Assembly: GCA_014297435.1 (NCBI GenBank) | Contig: JACOQA010000002.1 | Span: 32,001 to 96,000, forward strand | Reading direction: 5' to 3' | Source of the DNA: Candidatus Nanohaloarchaea archaeon | Lineage (GTDB): Archaea; Nanohalarchaeota; Nanosalinia; Nanosalinales; Nanosalinaceae | Length of the DNA: 64,000 nt | In this document: in pieces, positions 19,437-29,337 of the stretch | How the letters are laid out: every line of letters starts with the position of its first letter | Position numbering within the stretch: position 1 is the stretch's first letter | The notes under the pieces: model-generated | What the model saw: only the letters and a program-made list of their open reading frames with translations | The model's database searches: none | What the model was told of the DNA's origin: nothing | Translations under genes and position numbers: made by a program

Positions 19437-19599
19437 ACCTACGTTACGGTGTAACTTTCAGGAAACAAAGTTAACTTCCAAATATCAGAATACAGACTTT
19501 ACCGGCTTCCTTACATAAAGCTGCGAGAACTTCTGTGACGCAACTTTTTTAAAAGCTCGACTCGTATTTCGCTTGTTCCCAAGAACGTGATAGAAAAGT

Positions 19600-19986
19600 A
19601 TGTCGATACGGAAAAGACGAGACGACAAGCTGAAATCGCATGAAGAAACCCTTGACCAAGTGCTTGATACCTACCTTCCGCAGGTAGATCACGAGTATGA
19701 TAGCTCTGACGAGTTCGTGAGAATACCTGCGAAGAGAGAGGCTGTAGAGTATATTACAGGTATCGAGTTCAACCCGCAGGATGAGTCGGTTGAGAACTAT
19801 CTGTCGCAGGTCGAGGGCTGGATGGACAGCATGATAAGACGCGATAACGACGTCTGGGAGCCCGGAGAACCCAACGTAGCTGACGGGGACGACGGTTATC
19901 TTGAAGCGGAGTACTTTTTCGATCCGCGTATGGATCCCGGGAACATGGTTGATGAGCTGGAGGAGAGGCCTGGACCCGCAACTTAG
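19600..19986 (+). CDS. Hypothetical acidic protein
   Basis: 128-aa ORF with genome-typical composition. Confidence 0.65.
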   Translation: MSIRKRRDDKLKSHEETLDQVLDTYLPQVDHEYDSSDEFVRIPAKREAVEYITGIEFNPQDESVENYLSQVEGWMDSMIRRDNDVWEPGEPNVADGDDGYLEAEYFFDPRMDPGNMVDELEERPGPAT

Positions 19987-20020
19987 TTCGACATGTGTCG
20001 AACAAAAAACAGGTTTTTTG
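19986..20020. terminator. Inverted repeat flanked by A and T tracts
   Basis: GTTCGACA-TG-TGTCGAAC then AAAAAACAGGTTTTTT. Confidence 0.5.
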
Positions 20021-20278
20021 GTTCTCTCCTTTGTTCATGAAAGTTCCTAAACGCATCCAAACACTTTTCAAGTCTTTAGATTCTTTCTTTTATTGTTTGA
20101 AGCATTCTAAACATGTTTCCGGTAAGCGGTTAGTAATGAGGTCGAAAGTTGGATTGAAGGGTGTTTAAACGTTTGATTCGTTGAAAGGAGCGTGCTAAAC
20201 CTTTCAAAAAGCTTTAAGGATCGTTGAGAACGGTCAAAAACGTTCTGTGAACGGTTAAAACCGGGTTCAAAAGCCAGC

Positions 20279-20532
20279 TTTTATAAAGGTGGGGAAGGTT
20301 AAACACGACAAGGACTAGCAACAGCTAGAGCCTTGGGTCCCGTGATCCCAATTACAGGGAACGACCCAAACACAGTAACCGGGCGTACTTTTTTTCCGGG
20401 AATCGGGATCCCGCGGAGGAATGAACCCTCTCCGTTACCGATAACGGGTTCAGAGGTGAGTCGGCGGACGCACCTCTCGAATATAATAGAAGACACGCGA
20501 CACATCACCCCACAAGGTGAAACACACAAACT
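20279..20532 (+). promoter_or_regulatory. Promoter and about 220-nt structured 5' UTR of the major S-layer gene
   Basis: TTTTATAAA at 20279; hairpins at about 20310-20334, 20333-20369, 20422-20452, 20452-20477 and 20505-20520 (last contains SD GGTGA). Confidence 0.7.
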
Positions 20533-23331
20533 ATGAATCTAAACATCAAAAAAGTAGGAAAGGCTGTAGCAGGCTCTGCACTCCTCGTAGGCGCAACGCT
20601 TACAGGAGCGGCCGGTCTTGCAGCAGCTCAGGATTCTGGATCCAATTCGATGGATCTAGGAGACTATCCAACACCATTCGTGTCCGAGGACGGACAGGTA
20701 CAGTCCACAATCGTAGTAGGAGAAAACGCAAAAACCGCAGACGTAGTAGGCGCAATCAACGTTGCCGGATCACTAGGACAGGCAGCAATGACAGAAGAAG
20801 AAGTATCCGCTGGATCTTCAGCAGCTTCTTGGAGTGCAACAAACGGAGTATCACTAGACACTTCCAACGACCAGCTGTTCTTCAACGACAACATCGACGA
20901 AGTAAGACAGACACTAACAGAAGACCAGCTTGACATCCTGCAGAGCCACGACGTTCTAACAGGCGACGCACAGCAGGAAGTAGAACAGTACCTCTACGTA
21001 GGAGAACAGAAAGTTCAGTACACACAGCCTGGCGACTCCGACGGAGACCCAGTTCTGAACGTAATGAACCCAAGCAGCGTCGACGTAGACGGACAGAACC
21101 TCTACAGACTTCAAGCTAACTTCGAAGACGGAGTAGAGTTCGAAGAAACAGCTGGAGAGAAGAACGAGGACGTTTACGGAGAAGAAATGGACCTCTTCGG
21201 AAAGACATTTACAATCTCACAGGACTCATTCACATCCGGTAACACAGGACAGCTAATCCTTTACGGATCTAGTCAGGACGTACAGATTTCGTCCGGAGAG
21301 TCCGCAACCGTCACAATTGACGGCGAAGACCACACAATCGCTGTACAGGCTGTTAACACTGAAGGAGTAGTTTACTCTGTTGACGGCGAAGCAGCAGAAC
21401 AGGACGACCTCGACGAAACATTCGACATCGGCGACACAGAAGTCAGAATCGACTCCAAGATCGACCTACAGGACGACCAAGGATCCGCAACATTCTCAGT
21501 AGGAAGCGAAAAACTTGTTCTTGAAGACGATTCGCCTGTAATGACAGGAGACGATGAAGAAGACGTTGAAGGAACACACGTCGGACTATCAACAACAGGA
21601 GACGGAGACATTTCCGACACCAACGAACCTGTCGAGCTTTCCAGCATCGAGATCGCTGTTGGTGCTGACGACAGCGACAACGACTACGTCGCAGCAGGAG
21701 AATCATTCGAAGATCCTGTGTTCGACGACCTAGAGTTCCACTTCGCAGGACTCAACCCTGACGCAGAGTCTGACGACACACCTCAGGTAGAGTTCACAGC
21801 TGACGACGAAACAGCAACAGTCAGCTTTGAAGACGGAGACGACTCAGCATCCCTAGGCTTCGTACATCCTGCAAACACAGACAGCGATGGATTCGGAGCA
21901 AACAGTCTAGCTGACGAAGACGGAGACGCAATCCACGTCTACGAAGGAGCAGCAGTCGAAGAAGACGAGTACTTCGTCTCTGATGCAGGCGACTTCGATC
22001 ACATGTGGGAAGTTACAGGAATCGACGCAGACACAGCAGATCAGAATTCGGATCACGGAGAAGAAGCAACAGTAGACCTAGAAGACAAGGTCTCAGGAGC
22101 TTCAGTTGAAGTAGATGTAACACACACATCGTCAAACAGCAACAACGTCTATTCCGGAACGGAAGTCATCGACGGACAGACCTATGAGTTCACAGTTTCC
22201 GGCGCTGACACAGAAAATACAACAGTTTCCGCAACATACGGAGACGACACCACACATCACGTCTACTCTGCAGTCGACACAGAAAGTGGAGCTTCAGTAG
22301 CATTCCTAAAGTCACAGACTGATGCCGTTTCAAGTAACTCTGGAGATTTCAGTAGCAACGACCAGACCGAGACAATAGTCCTTCCAAGTACAGAAAGCAG
22401 TGGGACACAAGAACTAGACATCACATTTAGTGACGATAATGATGCAGTATCGGTAGCAATCGGCGACAACGCAGCTGAATCTATTTCATCAAGCTCCGAT
22501 TCAACGAGTGAACGAGAAGTAACTGTTGGATCTATGACGTACGATGTCACTCTAACTGTAGATAGTGCTCCAGCCGATGATGAGGTAGACTACTCAGTTG
22601 ACATCGACCCTCAAGTTACCGGCGGAGAGGATATTGCCGGACCTTCGGCAGCAGTCATCCAGCCTCAGGACGACGACGATAACGAGGGAAGTTACCTCGT
22701 TACACCAGGAGTCGACTCTGACGACGATGAGATGGACATCGGAAGCAGCAACGCAGAAGTCCACTACGACGGAGAGGACTACAACGGCAAGACTCTGGAC
22801 GAGACGGACGAAGACGTAGAGTCCAACTACAACACCTACGGAACTTACACCGAGCTCGACACAGATGAGCAGGGAATGTTCACTCTGAACATTCCAGACG
22901 CACAGGCTACAGCTGGTGCAGCATTCACAGGACAGGACGGAGAACTTTCCGCTTCTGGTTCCGCAGGATCTGTCACCACGATGAGTCCTACAGGATGGCC
23001 TGACGCTGCGGCTCTCGACTCAGAAGTTTCGGGATCCGACAGGAACGGCAACCTAATCCTTGTAGGAGGACCTGCAGTCAACACGCTGACTGAAGAACTT
23101 GCTTCCGCGAACAAGACGTGGACAGCAGATCAGTACAGCGAAGGAGACTACGTCCTTGACCTCACAGACGGATTCCAGAACGACGACGGCAACCACGCCC
23201 TAGTTGTAGCTGGATACGGAGCAGAGGACACGACAGCAGCAGCGAACTACCTGGCAAACTACCAGGACAACATGGACGAGATGGACGGAGAGACCACGCT
23301 GCAGAAGTCGACAGTCTCAACATCCCAGTAA
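20533..23331 (+). CDS. Major S-layer protein (Methanococcus-type N/C-terminal S-layer domains)
   Basis: Signal peptide; DYPTPFV..IVVGENAKTADVVGAINVA; C-terminal NLILVGGPAVN and ALVVAG...DT; strong codon bias. Confidence 0.92.
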   Translation: MNLNIKKVGKAVAGSALLVGATLTGAAGLAAAQDSGSNSMDLGDYPTPFVSEDGQVQSTIVVGENAKTADVVGAINVAGSLGQAAMTEEEVSAGSSAASWSATNGVSLDTSNDQLFFNDNIDEVRQTLTEDQLDILQSHDVLTGDAQQEVEQYLYVGEQKVQYTQPGDSDGDPVLNVMNPSSVDVDGQNLYRLQANFEDGVEFEETAGEKNEDVYGEEMDLFGKTFTISQDSFTSGNTGQLILYGSSQDVQISSGESATVTIDGEDHTIAVQAVNTEGVVYSVDGEAAEQDDLDETFDIGDTEVRIDSKIDLQDDQGSATFSVGSEKLVLEDDSPVMTGDDEEDVEGTHVGLSTTGDGDISDTNEPVELSSIEIAVGADDSDNDYVAAGESFEDPVFDDLEFHFAGLNPDAESDDTPQVEFTADDETATVSFEDGDDSASLGFVHPANTDSDGFGANSLADEDGDAIHVYEGAAVEEDEYFVSDAGDFDHMWEVTGIDADTADQNSDHGEEATVDLEDKVSGASVEVDVTHTSSNSNNVYSGTEVIDGQTYEFTVSGADTENTTVSATYGDDTTHHVYSAVDTESGASVAFLKSQTDAVSSNSGDFSSNDQTETIVLPSTESSGTQELDITFSDDNDAVSVAIGDNAAESISSSSDSTSEREVTVGSMTYDVTLTVDSAPADDEVDYSVDIDPQVTGGEDIAGPSAAVIQPQDDDDNEGSYLVTPGVDSDDDEMDIGSSNAEVHYDGEDYNGKTLDETDEDVESNYNTYGTYTELDTDEQGMFTLNIPDAQATAGAAFTGQDGELSASGSAGSVTTMSPTGWPDAAALDSEVSGSDRNGNLILVGGPAVNTLTEELASANKTWTADQYSEGDYVLDLTDGFQNDDGNHALVVAGYGAEDTTAAANYLANYQDNMDEMDGETTLQKSTVSTSQ

Positions 23332-23456
23332 AACGGGATATCTTTTCCTTTCCTTTCCTTTTCTATTTTCTACCGAGAACTTTTTCTCAAGAATAACCAA
23401 AATCCCTGTAGTCATAATCAACAATAGTATTAAGTGTTGAGAATCAAATCAGGGAT

Positions 23457-23579
23457 ATGACAGAGAAGCTGGAAAATCCGGTTGAAAAGGTCAATAACCT
23501 TTCGGATGAAGAGATAAACCGGATTTCCGAGGAAAGACTTGAAAGTTTTAAGGAGAAGCTTAGAGAGTACTTTGAGTAG
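23457..23579 (+). CDS. 40-aa acidic micro-protein (MTEKLENPVEKVNNLSDEEINRISEERLESFKEKLREYFE)
   Basis: Read by hand; TATTAA about 27 nt upstream of ATG. Confidence 0.45.
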   Translation: MTEKLENPVEKVNNLSDEEINRISEERLESFKEKLREYFE

Positions 23580-23637
23580 ATTCCTACATACTATTAGCGT
23601 TCTTTTTCAATAAATTGCAGATTCTAAAAAAGAGAGG

Positions 23638-23982
23638 TTATGCTGTTGCAGCCGGAGTCTCTAGACTTACAGACTGAGTTATTTTCTCTCCATCCATTTC
23701 AGACTTTATTATGACTGCTACCATTTGGAAACTCCCTGCCTGATTGATCTTTTTCTCGGCTGACTGTATGTTTTCCAGCAACTCTATAGCTTTTTCGACT
23801 GAAATATCGGTCAGGCCAGATATGACTTCTGAAGCATTTAGTATCTCTACACCTACCACCTCTCTATTTGAGTTGAGCTGTAAGATAAACCCTCCTTTGG
23901 GGATACTTTCAACACTTTTCCCTTCATTTATGTACAGAACATCTCTTTCTTGGTCATATTTTGACTTTGCCATTTTATCCAT
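23638..23982 (-). CDS. DUF2283-family protein (putative antitoxin)
   Basis: YDQERDVLYI...EVVGVEILNASE. Confidence 0.85.
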   Translation of the reverse strand: MDKMAKSKYDQERDVLYINEGKSVESIPKGGFILQLNSNREVVGVEILNASEVISGLTDISVEKAIELLENIQSAEKKINQAGSFQMVAVIIKSEMDGEKITQSVSLETPAATA

Positions 23983-24328
23983 ATTGTTTTGCCAGTTCTT
24001 TCGGTTTTGCGTAATTACGATTGGTCTGAAAAGCTGTCACTATCTCTACTTTCTTATCGTTAATATCTACGCCAGTTAATAAATAATATTGTGTGGACTT
24101 GTGAAAAACTATGTTGTATCTATGCCCAAACTTCTTTTCTCCTTTATAGTCAAAAGCCAGAGCTTTCTCATTCCAGGGAGTCTCAACTGTCTCTCTAACC
24201 TCTTCCTTCGTCAAATTAGGTCTATCAGGTAAAGAATCTCTGATAAAATGATTAGTGAATGTTATCTCACGTCTCTTAACTTCTCCTTCTAGTTCTAGTA
24301 ATGATCTCACAGGGTGAATTTCAGCCAT
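23975..24328 (-). CDS. DUF4258/RelE-like putative toxin
   Basis: ITFTNHF...EEVRETVE...VEIVTAF; overlaps the DUF2283 gene. Confidence 0.7.
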   Translation of the reverse strand: MAEIHPVRSLLELEGEVKRREITFTNHFIRDSLPDRPNLTKEEVRETVETPWNEKALAFDYKGEKKFGHRYNIVFHKSTQYYLLTGVDINDKKVEIVTAFQTNRNYAKPKELAKQYG

Positions 24329-24507
24329 TCAGGATTCTAACAAGATAAGGTAAAAGTATCTTAAAGTAGATAATCCTCCAGGTTTAATAGAAAAAGACTG
24401 CTCAACTTTCATTTGTTGGACATCGATATCTTTTGGTGCGGATGTAGCCATGAACCGTTAAATTTATTACTCTGGTGATACTATAGAATTCATAGGTGAT
24501 TCAATTC

Positions 24508-24741
24508 ATGGCTTCAGTTTCGGTCAAACTACCTGATAACTTGAAGAAGCAGATAGAGGAAAGAACAGAGGAAGAAGGCTACATGAACACTTCCGAGTAT
24601 ATTAGACAGGCTGTGAGAGAGAAAGTTAAAGAAGAGACCCGGTTATACCCTGACGAGCTTAGAAGGCTCATTAAACAGGGAGAAGATCCAGAAAAAGGCG
24701 AGAACCACAGTTTGGAAGAAGTGAAAGAAGAGTTCAGATAA
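24508..24741 (+). CDS. Ribbon-helix-helix (CopG/ParD-like) antitoxin
   Basis: SVSVKLPDNLKKQIE...GYMNTSEYIRQAVRE; SLEEVKEEF tail; SD AGGTGA. Confidence 0.85.
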   Translation: MASVSVKLPDNLKKQIEERTEEEGYMNTSEYIRQAVREKVKEETRLYPDELRRLIKQGEDPEKGENHSLEEVKEEFR

Positions 24742-24744
24742 CTT

Positions 24745-25050
24745 ATGGAGGTAATTGTAAAAGAGGGAGCTCGTCAAGATCTGGCCAGTTTAGAGGAAGG
24801 ACTCAGAGATAGAGTTTTAGATGAAATAGAAAAGTTGGAGAAGAATGCAACACCCGATAACTCAACTTTTGTAGAAGTCGGCGACATGGAACTTTTCCGC
24901 CTTAAATTACAGGAAGAGGACAGGAACTCCAAGCTCACCCATCGCGTATTCTACCAAATTAAGGATAACAAGGTCTACATCAGAGGGATTTTCCACAGAC
25001 ATAAAGGATATGGAACTGAAACTAGGGAAGAACTTGAAGAAAGGATTTGA
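24745..25050 (+). CDS. RelE/ParE-family toxin
   Basis: ARQDLASL...FRLKL...HRVFYQI...VYIRGIFHRHKGY; directly after the RHH gene. Confidence 0.85.
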   Translation: MEVIVKEGARQDLASLEEGLRDRVLDEIEKLEKNATPDNSTFVEVGDMELFRLKLQEEDRNSKLTHRVFYQIKDNKVYIRGIFHRHKGYGTETREELEERI

Positions 25051-25215
25051 ACCGATTGATTGGCAGAAACCTCTAGAAAAGATTAGATCCCTATAGAATT
25101 TCCTATCAGAGCTTTTCATACAACCGATTTAGATACTTGATTACAACCTGAAATTCTTCTCCCGGCTTTATCAATAACCGAGAATAATTGTTCTATTATA
25201 TTTGGTGAACTCTGT

Positions 25216-28200
25216 ATGAAGGATATCAAGAAAATTGGAAAGATCGGTGCCTCACTCCTAGTAGGCGTCACCTTAACCGCGTCAGCCGCGGCAAACCTAG
25301 ATGACTACCCACAACCGTTTGTTGATGACCAAGGAATGGTCGACTCAACCATAGTGGTGGGAGAAAACGCAAAAACAGCCGATGTTGTGGGAGCAATAAA
25401 TATGGCGGGAAGCCTCTCACAGCAAGCAACTACAACAGAAAAGGTTTCTGGGGCAGCACAGTCTTGGAGCATGTCACAGGGAGCAACACTCGATACTTCG
25501 AACGACAACCTGTTCTTCCACGACATGATCAGCTCCGTAAGACAGACTTTAACCGAAAACGATCTCTCCGCACTACAGACAACAACAGGTCTTTCGGGTG
25601 ACGCAGAACAAGACATCGAACAGTACCTGTACGTTGGAGATCAAAAGATTGAGTTCGGAAAGACAGATGACGAAGAAGACCCTGAAGTATACGTAAACAA
25701 CCCTTCAACGGTCGAGGCAGACACACCAGGAAGCTATCTATACCAGTTACAGGCAAACTTCCAGGAAGGAGTAGACTTCTACGACAGTTCAGAAACAACC
25801 AATAAGAATACGGATGTCTACGGCGAAGAACTGGAGATGTTCGGAAAAACCTTTACAGTATCACAGGACTCGTTTACATCCAGTAACTCCGGCCAGCTAG
25901 TTCTCTACGGATCCAGCCAAGACGTACAGATAAGCTCGGGAGAATCAGCCACAATTACAATCGATGGAGAGGACCACACCATAAGCGTTCAAGCAGTAAA
26001 CACCGAAGGAGTTGTCTACTCAGTTGATGGAGAATCAGCTGAACAGGACAACGTAGATGAAACCTTCGATATTGGAGATACGGAAGTACGTATTGATTCG
26101 AAGATCAACCTGAAAGATGATACAGGAAGTGCCACTTTCTCGGTAGGTTCTGAAAAACTCATTCTTGAAGACGACTCATCGGTTATGACCGGCGATGATG
26201 AGGAAGAAGTCGAAGGAACCGATGTCAAACTTGAGTTAAGCGATGATGGTTCTGACGGTGACGTAACTGATGGAGACGGAAGTATCGAACTTTCATCCGT
26301 GAAGGTTGCGGTAGGCGCAGCAGATAGCGATGAAAACTACGTAAGTTCAGAACAAAAGTTCGAGGACCCTGTTTTCGGAAGCCTTTCATTCAGCTTCGAA
26401 GGACTATCCTCACTAAACGAGGGAGAGGACATCGAAGTACAGGCACAGAACGACGAAACAGTTGAAGTTTCAACAAACGAAATAACGCAAGGATTCGCCC
26501 ATTACGATGGAAGCTTTTCCCTAGCGGATGATGATGGCGACAAGATTGTCGCGGTCGAAGGCGAACCGGTACAGGAAGACGAGTACTTCACATCTGATGC
26601 AGGCGACTTCTCGCACTTCTGGGAAGTTACAGGACTCGACGCGGACGCACAAGATCCTTCAAGCGGGGACACAGCAACAGTCGAACTCGAAGACAAAATC
26701 TCAGGATCTTCAATCGAAGTCGAACTAGATGCTAACGATGTCGAAAGCGGAGCAGGAGACTCCACACGTGAATACGAAGCAGAGAAAGTTATCGACGGAC
26801 AGACCTACCACTTCTCCTACAACACCGTCTCAAGTGGAGATGAAAACGACGACGAGGTAGAAGTTACTTGGGGAACTGACTCCGACTACTCAGCGACAGG
26901 CTCAGCAAGCTCAGGAGCCACAACAGCATTCCCAACAATCAAAACCGATAACGGAGCAAGACTAGCATTCTACGATCCGGGACAAGATCCTTCCGGTATT
27001 TCAATAGGAGCAAGCCTTACCGGTTTCAGTTCGGATGAAAAATTCTTCGATGTGGCAATTCAGACCAACGAGGGAACTAACGGCTTCGGTTCAGGAGACG
27101 ATATAGTCAGGGATATAGGGGGCTCAGGAACATACTCAGACTCGGCCGACACTAATGTAGCCGGCACAAACCCTTCAGACGGGACATCATTAACAACTTC
27201 AAATCCTTGGAGTGGGGCTACAAATCCTATCGCTTTCGTGGATGACAGTGATTCAACCTGGGAGTCCGGAAGCGACCTAATTATCGAAGACCTGAACAAC
27301 GGAGGAACTGTTTCTTTGGAAGCTGACACCACAGTCAGCCGCGGATCGGATACAACAGTCGATGTAACAGCCGGAACATCACTTAACGACTTAGATGAAA
27401 CAACCTATCTGGCTGTAGATAACGGCAACAACGGCTTCGACGCAGGAACCGATGATGATATAGTAACAGACGATGACGAAGACGGTGTTTACACCTCATC
27501 AGCCGACGTTCTAGCTGATGCAAACGGAGCATCCGGAACAAGCTTCGGAGGAGGAACACCTGCAAGCATCTCCACCGGAGACTCACTTACAGCCTTCGAT
27601 GACACCGATAACGTCTACCTTATTGACACCAACAACGACGGACTACAAGCATCAGGTAACGACGATGTACTGTTCGTTGACGGAGACGGAGACGGCGATT
27701 CAACAACGGGAACCGTAAACACAATCATCAACCAGTCAGTTGACTCGACCTTTACAGGTTCACAGCTCACTAGCTCAAACCCAATCTCATTCAACGACCA
27801 AGACTCGGATGGAACCACAGGAAACGGCGAGTATGAACTCGGACAGGACATCTACGTCGAGGAGAACACAGCGGGAGCCAGAACTTACTCTGCTTCAGCC
27901 GATACCGTGGTAAACGACGAAGGGTCTGCCGATAGAGATGCTGGAGACAGCCTTGTAAGTGTGGGTTCTAACGCCTACTACCACGATGCAGATTCAGGCG
28001 GAACCTACACTTCTGGCGATGAAATCTACCTTGACCTAGATAGTGACTCACAGTACACCGCTCAAGCCGATAACCATATCGCAGGCATCACACTATCAAC
28101 AGCAGGCGCAGGAACATCGGTTAACACCGGAAATCCTTGGAGTGCAGCTAATCCGCCTGTAGCGTTCTACGACGACGGTTCAGGATCATGGGAATCCGGC

Positions 28201-29169
28201 AACGATGTCATAGTCACAGATGACGACGGAGACAACGTCTACACAAGTCAGGCTGACACCCTAATCGACGATACCGACGGCACACAGGACGTGACGAATG
28301 GAGACCCACTTACAGGTTTCGCGGCTGCCACAAAGTACGAGGATGCCAACTCCAACACGCAGTTTGATTCCAGTGAAGTAGTGGTCGACGATTCCGATAC
28401 TGACGGAACCTACGACTCAGGAGAGACGATTCTGGCAAACGGAGGATCTTCAGGGAACATCCAGTACTGGTCCACCGATTCTTCGGAGACTTCTGGAGTT
28501 ACAGGTTTGAACTCGATTCTTCCTTCGAAGCCAGGACTTGTGGTTATTGAGGAGGAGACGGAGAACGGCGATCAGCACAGTTACACGGTCACACCGGGTT
28601 ATGATGGAGGTGATTCTGAGGTAACGGTTAATCAGCCTAGCTACAGTAGTTCGAACAGGCAGACCGCAACTCTTGAGTCGAACGATGACATTACTGCGGG
28701 AGTGGACCGTTACGGTGTCTACACAGAACATGACTCTGATGGACAGGGCTCGCTAACCCTGAACTACCCTGATTCGCAGGCAACTGCTGGAGCCGGCTTC
28801 GGAACCGGAGAATTAAGTTCGACAGGAAGTTCCAGCGTTCAGAGACCTGCCGGATGGCCTAACGCAGCAACCCTGGACACACAAGCCAGTCAGGACCAAA
28901 ACATGATTCTGGTTGGAGGTCCGGCAGTCAACACGTTGACAGAGACCTTGGCAGAGAACAACCAGACCAAGTCCTCGAGCGAGTACCAAGAGGACATGTG
29001 GATGCTTCAGACGGTTGAAAACGCTTTCAACCAGAACCAGGCATTAGTGGTTGCAGGGCACTCTGCCGAAGACACTCAGGCGGCTTCGAACTACCTTGCC
29101 AATTACCAGGACCACCAAGACGAGATGACTGGCAAGAGCTTGGAGAAGACAACGGTTTCAACACAGTGA
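25216..29169 (+). CDS. S-layer protein paralogue 2 with about 500-aa Asp-rich repeat insertion
   Basis: Same N/C motifs (DYPQPFV, TADVVGAIN, NMILVGGPAVN); DxDxDG-like repeats at about 26980-28530. Confidence 0.9.
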   Translation: MKDIKKIGKIGASLLVGVTLTASAAANLDDYPQPFVDDQGMVDSTIVVGENAKTADVVGAINMAGSLSQQATTTEKVSGAAQSWSMSQGATLDTSNDNLFFHDMISSVRQTLTENDLSALQTTTGLSGDAEQDIEQYLYVGDQKIEFGKTDDEEDPEVYVNNPSTVEADTPGSYLYQLQANFQEGVDFYDSSETTNKNTDVYGEELEMFGKTFTVSQDSFTSSNSGQLVLYGSSQDVQISSGESATITIDGEDHTISVQAVNTEGVVYSVDGESAEQDNVDETFDIGDTEVRIDSKINLKDDTGSATFSVGSEKLILEDDSSVMTGDDEEEVEGTDVKLELSDDGSDGDVTDGDGSIELSSVKVAVGAADSDENYVSSEQKFEDPVFGSLSFSFEGLSSLNEGEDIEVQAQNDETVEVSTNEITQGFAHYDGSFSLADDDGDKIVAVEGEPVQEDEYFTSDAGDFSHFWEVTGLDADAQDPSSGDTATVELEDKISGSSIEVELDANDVESGAGDSTREYEAEKVIDGQTYHFSYNTVSSGDENDDEVEVTWGTDSDYSATGSASSGATTAFPTIKTDNGARLAFYDPGQDPSGISIGASLTGFSSDEKFFDVAIQTNEGTNGFGSGDDIVRDIGGSGTYSDSADTNVAGTNPSDGTSLTTSNPWSGATNPIAFVDDSDSTWESGSDLIIEDLNNGGTVSLEADTTVSRGSDTTVDVTAGTSLNDLDETTYLAVDNGNNGFDAGTDDDIVTDDDEDGVYTSSADVLADANGASGTSFGGGTPASISTGDSLTAFDDTDNVYLIDTNNDGLQASGNDDVLFVDGDGDGDSTTGTVNTIINQSVDSTFTGSQLTSSNPISFNDQDSDGTTGNGEYELGQDIYVEENTAGARTYSASADTVVNDEGSADRDAGDSLVSVGSNAYYHDADSGGTYTSGDEIYLDLDSDSQYTAQADNHIAGITLSTAGAGTSVNTGNPWSAANPPVAFYDDGSGSWESGNDVIVTDDDGDNVYTSQADTLIDDTDGTQDVTNGDPLTGFAAATKYEDANSNTQFDSSEVVVDDSDTDGTYDSGETILANGGSSGNIQYWSTDSSETSGVTGLNSILPSKPGLVVIEEETENGDQHSYTVTPGYDGGDSEVTVNQPSYSSSNRQTATLESNDDITAGVDRYGVYTEHDSDGQGSLTLNYPDSQATAGAGFGTGELSSTGSSSVQRPAGWPNAATLDTQASQDQNMILVGGPAVNTLTETLAENNQTKSSSEYQEDMWMLQTVENAFNQNQALVVAGHSAEDTQAASNYLANYQDHQDEMTGKSLEKTTVSTQ

Positions 29170-29337
29170 TCGGCACCTCCTCTCAATCAATTTTCTCTTT
29201 CTTCTCTTGTATTCGAACTAAATTAGGAAACGTCTCAACCAAAGATACGATTGCTCCTTGTTCAAACGGTGTTCTAGGCGTATAATAATCGTTTACTTTC
29301 TGGAGAGTCCCTGTCTTTGACAGGTGGAACGAAAAAC

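Noticed and set aside
20333-20933. ORFs 20333-20536 and Arg-rich 20517-20933
   Set aside because: UTR read-through and off-frame shadow of the S-layer gene; composition unlike this acidic proteome.
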